From the NCBI GenBank assembly GCA_031459535.1, contig JAVKIJ010000087.1, positions 1-12,116 on the forward strand: DNA of 12,116 bases, written 5' to 3'. The notes under the pieces were generated by a model, which saw nothing but the letters and a program-made list of their open reading frames with translations, was not told where the DNA came from and ran no database searches. This document shows positions 8,037 through 12,116 of this stretch, piece by piece; within the stretch, counting starts at the first letter, position 1, and every line of letters starts with the position of its first letter. Both the position numbers and the translations under genes were made by a program. The DNA comes from Candidatus Fervidifonticultor quintus (lineage in GTDB: Bacteria > Sysuimicrobiota > Sysuimicrobiia > Sysuimicrobiales > Humicultoraceae).

Positions 8037-8813
8037 TCAGCAGCGAGGCTTGACCGCCCACGCAAAATAATAGAAGCCGAGCCAGTCGCCGAGCCGCGTA
8101 TCGTCGAACCGCTTCCAGAACGCCCGGGTCCGTTCGACCAGCCGGACTTCCCAGTCAGTGATCCGCCGGCAGCGCGACAGCACGGGAATGTAGGGCGGCA
8201 CCACCCCGGCGGGGAAGACTCTTGCCTCCACCAGCCCCTGCTTTTCCAGCAATTCCAGAATCTCTCCCCGCGTGAAGGACCGTTCGTACATCTTCTCGAT
8301 CCGCCTTCCGGTGACGGCACGCTTCGTAGCTCCCACCCAGTCGAGAGACCGAAAGAGCGAAAACTTCTTCGGGACGATGTCGGAGTAGAACAGGCCGCCC
8401 GGTTTTAGAACGCGCACCATGTCCCGGACGATCGGCGACGGATCAGCGAAATGCTCCAGCAGACCCGTGGAGAGGACGACGTCGAACGCGCCGTCCCGGA
8501 TCGGCAGCATGGCGCCATCCCCCGCGACAAACCGTCCCTCCGATGGGATCATCTCGTAGTTCAGCCTCGCCACCCGCAGCGCCTCGCGCGACGCGTCCAG
8601 GCACACGGTCCGGTAGCCGGCCATCGCCAGCAGGCACGACAGACGCCCGGAGCCGGCGCCGACTTCGAGCGTCAGGCCCGACGCGGGCAGGATCGCGAGC
8701 AGGTACTCCAGCTTGATCCGGTCGAGCACCTGCGTCATGGTCCGCGCCCCCAGCGTGGCCTGCCGGTCGCTCCAGTAGACGTCCCAGAATCGTTGCTGGC
8801 GGTCGGCCGTCAA
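8037..8813 (-). CDS. Class I SAM-dependent methyltransferase, about 258 aa
   Basis: Motif I LEVGAGSG, then LDAS, GDGAMLPIRDGAFDVVLSTGLLEH, RVLKPGG. Likely start is TTG 8813 (TTGA overlap with the upstream stop) or GTG 8816, rather than 8870. Confidence 0.88.
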   Translation of the reverse strand: MTADRQQRFWDVYWSDRQATLGARTMTQVLDRIKLEYLLAILPASGLTLEVGAGSGRLSCLLAMAGYRTVCLDASREALRVARLNYEMIPSEGRFVAGDGAMLPIRDGAFDVVLSTGLLEHFADPSPIVRDMVRVLKPGGLFYSDIVPKKFSLFRSLDWVGATKRAVTGRRIEKMYERSFTRGEILELLEKQGLVEARVFPAGVVPPYIPVLSRCRRITDWEVRLVERTRAFWKRFDDTRLGDWLGFYYFAWAVKPRC

Positions 8814-9487
8814 CACACGCGCTTCCGGAGAATGAATTTGTAATCTGCCGGCGTGCCGACAGCGGCCCATTCACGCACGCGCCTGAGCAGCGCCTTCACC
8901 GCCTCCCAGCCTTCCGTGGGCCCGGCCAGGTCCGTCTCGTACAGACGCTGCGCGTGGAAGCCCGCCCGGGCGAACATCCGCCGCCAGTACCTGAGCGGCT
9001 GAACGTTGACGTGCGAGGGATCGCGGGTCGCGTTGGGATGGCGAGGGTGGCAGATCTTCAGATAGGCGACGCCGTGGCCGGCCAGCACACGTCTGATCTC
9101 ACCCAGGAGCGGAAGCGGGTCACGCAGGTGCTCGAACAGATCCAGGGCCGTCACCATGTCGCAGGAGGCTTCCCGGACCGGGAGTCCACGCGCCACATCC
9201 GCTACAACGAGTTTCCCGCGAACCGCCGCGTCACATTGCGAGACGGCGTAGCGGCTGATATCGGCTCCGACCGCCGCCCGGACGCCCTGCTCCCGCAACG
9301 CCTCGACTAGGTAGCCCTTGGCGCACCCGAGATCGAGCAGCCTCTCGGGCTTCCACCGGCGCATCAAGAACGTCGCCGTGCGGGCCGCCAGCGGATAGAT
9401 GCGGTCCCGCGTGTGGGGCGGGCTTTCACGCGTCCTCCCTTCGAAGTAATCGCGGTCGTAGAATGTGGAGGAGTTTGTGTCCGTCAT
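8810..9487 (-). CDS. Class I SAM-dependent methyltransferase, 225 aa
   Basis: Start ATG 9487 (MTDTNSSTFYDRDYF) with GGAG/AGGGA upstream. Motif I LLDLGCAKG, then GADIS, DMVTALDLFEH, EIRRVL, DPSHVNV. Confidence 0.9.
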   Translation of the reverse strand: MTDTNSSTFYDRDYFEGRTRESPPHTRDRIYPLAARTATFLMRRWKPERLLDLGCAKGYLVEALREQGVRAAVGADISRYAVSQCDAAVRGKLVVADVARGLPVREASCDMVTALDLFEHLRDPLPLLGEIRRVLAGHGVAYLKICHPRHPNATRDPSHVNVQPLRYWRRMFARAGFHAQRLYETDLAGPTEGWEAVKALLRRVREWAAVGTPADYKFILRKRVC

Positions 9488-9546
9488 GCGTCCCTGTCTC
9501 CGTGTATGTGTCCGCACATTTTGACGCTGGCACGACCGGCCGCCTC

Positions 9547-10989
9547 CTATCCGGAGGGGGCGCTAACAAAGGCCTCGCGGAATCGGCCGAGCGCCTTGGC
9601 CACGTCCTCCACCGTCACCACCCGGCACAGCAGCAGGAGCCCGCCGTACACCGCCAGCGCCGCCGCGGTAGCGGCGATCGCTCCGGCCGATCGGAGACCC
9701 CACAGGACCGCGCATCCCGCCGCCGCCGAGCCGGCAATGCCCGACAGGATCGCCGGCGACGGCGCCGTGCCCAACAGACGCCCGGCGAGCAGCGCACCCA
9801 AGCAGGCCAGAGCGGCTTCGGACATCAGCATCGTCGCCGCAGCGCCGAGCGCCCCCCAGCGTGGAATCGTCAGCACATTGCCAGTTGCGTTGAGCGCCAG
9901 CCCCCCGGCCAAGACAGCCAGCCACCAGCGTTCGAAGCCCCTGGCCTGCAGCGCGATGCCGACCGGCGCATACAGCCAATAGGCCGCCGCAGACCAAGCC
10001 AACACCGTTAGGAGCGGCGCCGCGTCCGCGTAGGACGCTCCATACAGCACCTCGATCAGCGGACGGGAGAGCCCGCTGAGGGCCAGTGCGATCGCCGGCG
10101 CTGCCACCCCGAAGACCCGCGCGACCCGGCTCAAACGCGCTCCGCCCTCCTCCCCCTCCGCCTGCACGATGAAGGGGAACAGCGTCCCGGAGGCCGTCGC
10201 CCCGACATTGACCATCATGTTGACCGGCTTGTATGCGACACTATACAGCCCGACAGCCAGCGGCGACGACAACTGGCCCAGCAGCACGACATCCAGTCTT
10301 GTGTAAAAACTCTGTATGACGGCCATCGCGCTGAACGGCAACCCTTCCCGGAGAAGCCCCCCCATCGTGCATGGACCAGCGTCGGAGGCAAAGAGAAACG
10401 GCGCGGCCATCCACCGCGCCACGGCGATTGCCGCACCGGCGACCGCTACATGGGCCCACAAAAATTCGGCCACGCCTCCGCCTGCGACGGCCACGACCGC
10501 AAGCAGGAGCAAGCCAGCCGTGCCCGTCAGCAGCTCGACCAGCGCCACACGGCCGTACTGCGCCCGCCCGCCGAGGACGGCCAAGTACGGCCAACTGACC
10601 GTGCCCAACGCCAACTGGCCCGCGGCCAGGACGACAAATTCAAGCGGGACCGGCTGTTCGGGCAGGATTGCTCCGAAGCCGACGATCACCACCGCAGTCC
10701 CGACGGCGAGGATCGCCTGCAGGCGGACTGCCGCAACTGCAATCCCCGCCGCAGCGTGCGGGTTGCGGGCCACAGCCCTGGTGACGACGGTGCTGATGCC
10801 GAAATTGGGCAGCAAGCCAAAAAACGCCGCGAGGCCCATGGCGTAGGCATACTGCCCGAGCCGTTCGACCCCTAGGGCCCGCGCCACCAGGACGGAACTG
10901 GCCAGCGCGATCGCGTACCCGGCGACCCGGCTGAGCAAGATCCACGTCGTTTCCCGGCTGTAGGACGCCTCGTGCACACCGCGCCTCAC
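9547..10989 (-). CDS. wzx: Wzx-type polysaccharide repeat-unit flippase (MOP superfamily, PST family), about 476-480 aa
   Basis: Many hydrophobic helices. Motifs ARALGVERLGQY, NFGI...TR, RLDVVLLG, VGLYSVAYK, LFP, IPRWGALGAAAT. Start is GTG 10989 or GTG 10977. Confidence 0.9.
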   Translation of the reverse strand: MRRGVHEASYSRETTWILLSRVAGYAIALASSVLVARALGVERLGQYAYAMGLAAFFGLLPNFGISTVVTRAVARNPHAAAGIAVAAVRLQAILAVGTAVVIVGFGAILPEQPVPLEFVVLAAGQLALGTVSWPYLAVLGGRAQYGRVALVELLTGTAGLLLLAVVAVAGGGVAEFLWAHVAVAGAAIAVARWMAAPFLFASDAGPCTMGGLLREGLPFSAMAVIQSFYTRLDVVLLGQLSSPLAVGLYSVAYKPVNMMVNVGATASGTLFPFIVQAEGEEGGARLSRVARVFGVAAPAIALALSGLSRPLIEVLYGASYADAAPLLTVLAWSAAAYWLYAPVGIALQARGFERWWLAVLAGGLALNATGNVLTIPRWGALGAAATMLMSEAALACLGALLAGRLLGTAPSPAILSGIAGSAAAGCAVLWGLRSAGAIAATAAALAVYGGLLLLCRVVTVEDVAKALGRFREAFVSAPSG

Positions 10990-11018
10990 GCGCCCTCACG
11001 CCGATTCGCGAAGGGCGC
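10990..11018. repeat. Intergenic inverted repeat (7-bp GC-rich stem) between the ligase/polymerase gene and wzx
   Basis: GCGCCCT (10990-10996) is the reverse complement of AGGGCGC (11012-11018), with 15 nt between them. No U-tract follows. Confidence 0.5.
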
Positions 11019-11021
11019 CCA

Positions 11022-12116
11022 CTACGTCCGTTGAAAACGGTAGCGCCCGACTGGCGCAACAGCCGCCGGCTCGGCCTGCGGCGCGGGTGCCTGCCTCCGC
11101 AGCATCGTCCCGCGAAAGACCAGCGCCGCGTACAGCCAGAACGGCTCCATGATCCGCACGATGATGAACGTGTTGGCGCCAATCGCATGGACCAGCATGC
11201 CCACCAGGCCCAGGAGAAAGCCGAGGCTGATGCCCCGGAAATACGGGTCGCGGGCCTCCTCCAAGGAAGACCGGGCCAGCCGGTAGACCGACCACATGAG
11301 CAACCAGAACGCCACGAGGCCCAGCAACCCGGCATCCGCCAGCAACTTGGGATACATGGCATCCATGAATGGACCGCCGGTCACCCCGAGGCCCCAGAGC
11401 GGCGAGCGCATCCATGCCTCGATGGCCTTCCGCCAGGACTTCAACCGGTCGGTGGTGGAGGTATCCACCCGGACTCCGCCGATCTGAAGCTGTTCACCCT
11501 CGTACGCCGGCTGGGTGAAGGTGTACATGATGCGGTCCTTGACCGCCTTGGGCGCCCACACCGGCGAGGCCAGCAAGGCAACGAGCAAGGAGACGAGCAG
11601 CACCGGATGGCGGCGCCTGATGTAGCCCATGAACACTACCGCCACGACGCCGGCGGCCAGGAACGACGCGCGGGACAGGGTCGCCTGGAGAGCGACGAAT
11701 CCGACCAGCAGCAGCACGGCGAGGGGCCCCCTGCTCCGGGAAGCGCCCGGCGTGACCAGCAGGCCCGCCACGATGGACAGCATGAACACGAGATAGCCGC
11801 CGAGAGTGTTCGGCTCGCCCTCCTTCCCCTCGAACGGCGCCGACGCCCGCTCGCCGCTCGGAATCTGCGCGATCGCATACAGCGATACCAGAAAACAGGT
11901 GACGAGACTGACCGTCACCAGCCGACGGATCTGTTTTTCGTCCGTGACCAAATTCACGGTCATGAAGTACAGGAAGAAATACTCGTAATACTTCAGCAGG
12001 AAGAAAAATCCGGTGAAGGGGCGCACGCGCCCGAACAACACGCCGATCAGCGTGGCCAGCATGCTGGCCCCGAGATAGTAGGCGATGGGCCGGTTGAGCG
12101 GAGTCTGCAGGTACTG
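11022..12116 (-). CDS. O-antigen ligase family / Wzy-like polymerase membrane protein, partial; 5' end beyond the right edge
   Basis: The frame stays open from 12116 (QYLQTPLNRPIAYYLGASMLAT...). Family motifs RASAPF..EPNTLGGYL, TLSRAS, STTDRLKSW, PLWGLG, GLLG. Multiple TM helices; adjacent to wzx. Confidence 0.88.
   Translation of the reverse strand, partial: QYLQTPLNRPIAYYLGASMLATLIGVLFGRVRPFTGFFFLLKYYEYFFLYFMTVNLVTDEKQIRRLVTVSLVTCFLVSLYAIAQIPSGERASAPFEGKEGEPNTLGGYLVFMLSIVAGLLVTPGASRSRGPLAVLLLVGFVALQATLSRASFLAAGVVAVVFMGYIRRRHPVLLVSLLVALLASPVWAPKAVKDRIMYTFTQPAYEGEQLQIGGVRVDTSTTDRLKSWRKAIEAWMRSPLWGLGVTGGPFMDAMYPKLLADAGLLGLVAFWLLMWSVYRLARSSLEEARDPYFRGISLGFLLGLVGMLVHAIGANTFIIVRIMEPFWLYAALVFRGTMLRRQAPAPQAEPAAVAPVGRYRFQRT

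Noticed and set aside
702..8408. Long plus-strand ORFs (702-1403, 1591-2529, 2405-3718, 4067-5128, 7275-8408)
   Set aside because: They lie antisense to well-supported genes and show no recognisable motifs. Such shadow ORFs are expected in high-GC coding DNA.
9521..9544. Plus-strand TTGACG (-35-like) and TGGCACG (sigma54 -24-like) motifs
   Set aside because: They face antisense to the operon, with no matching -10 box and CCGC instead of TTGC at the -12 position.
1..12116. CRISPR arrays, IS/transposase/integrase genes, defence systems, ops/JUMPStart element, intrinsic terminators
   Set aside because: None seen by eye. Nearly the whole window is accounted for by the 12 glycan-related genes.

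Overview
High-GC bacterial DNA holding part of one minus-strand surface-polysaccharide (O-antigen/EPS/capsule-type) biosynthesis operon that runs off both ends of the window. In transcription order (right to left) it has 12 genes: O-antigen ligase/Wzy-like membrane protein (5'-truncated), Wzx-type flippase, two class I SAM methyltransferases, two GT4, two GT2 with hydrophobic C-termini, a third GT4, a third methyltransferase with an N-terminal Cys cluster, a DPM1-like polyprenyl-phosphate sugar synthase (GT2), and a GT-C-type (ArnT/PMT-like) membrane glycosyltransferase (3'-truncated, absent from the ORF track). Most genes overlap or nearly touch, so several ORF-track starts need correcting. 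I found no RNA genes, CRISPR arrays or mobile elements. All families are known. The notable points are the combination of three methyltransferases and a lipid-linked-sugar/GT-C module in a Wzx pathway, and some structure in the three larger intergenic gaps. Family calls are by motif recognition, not database search.
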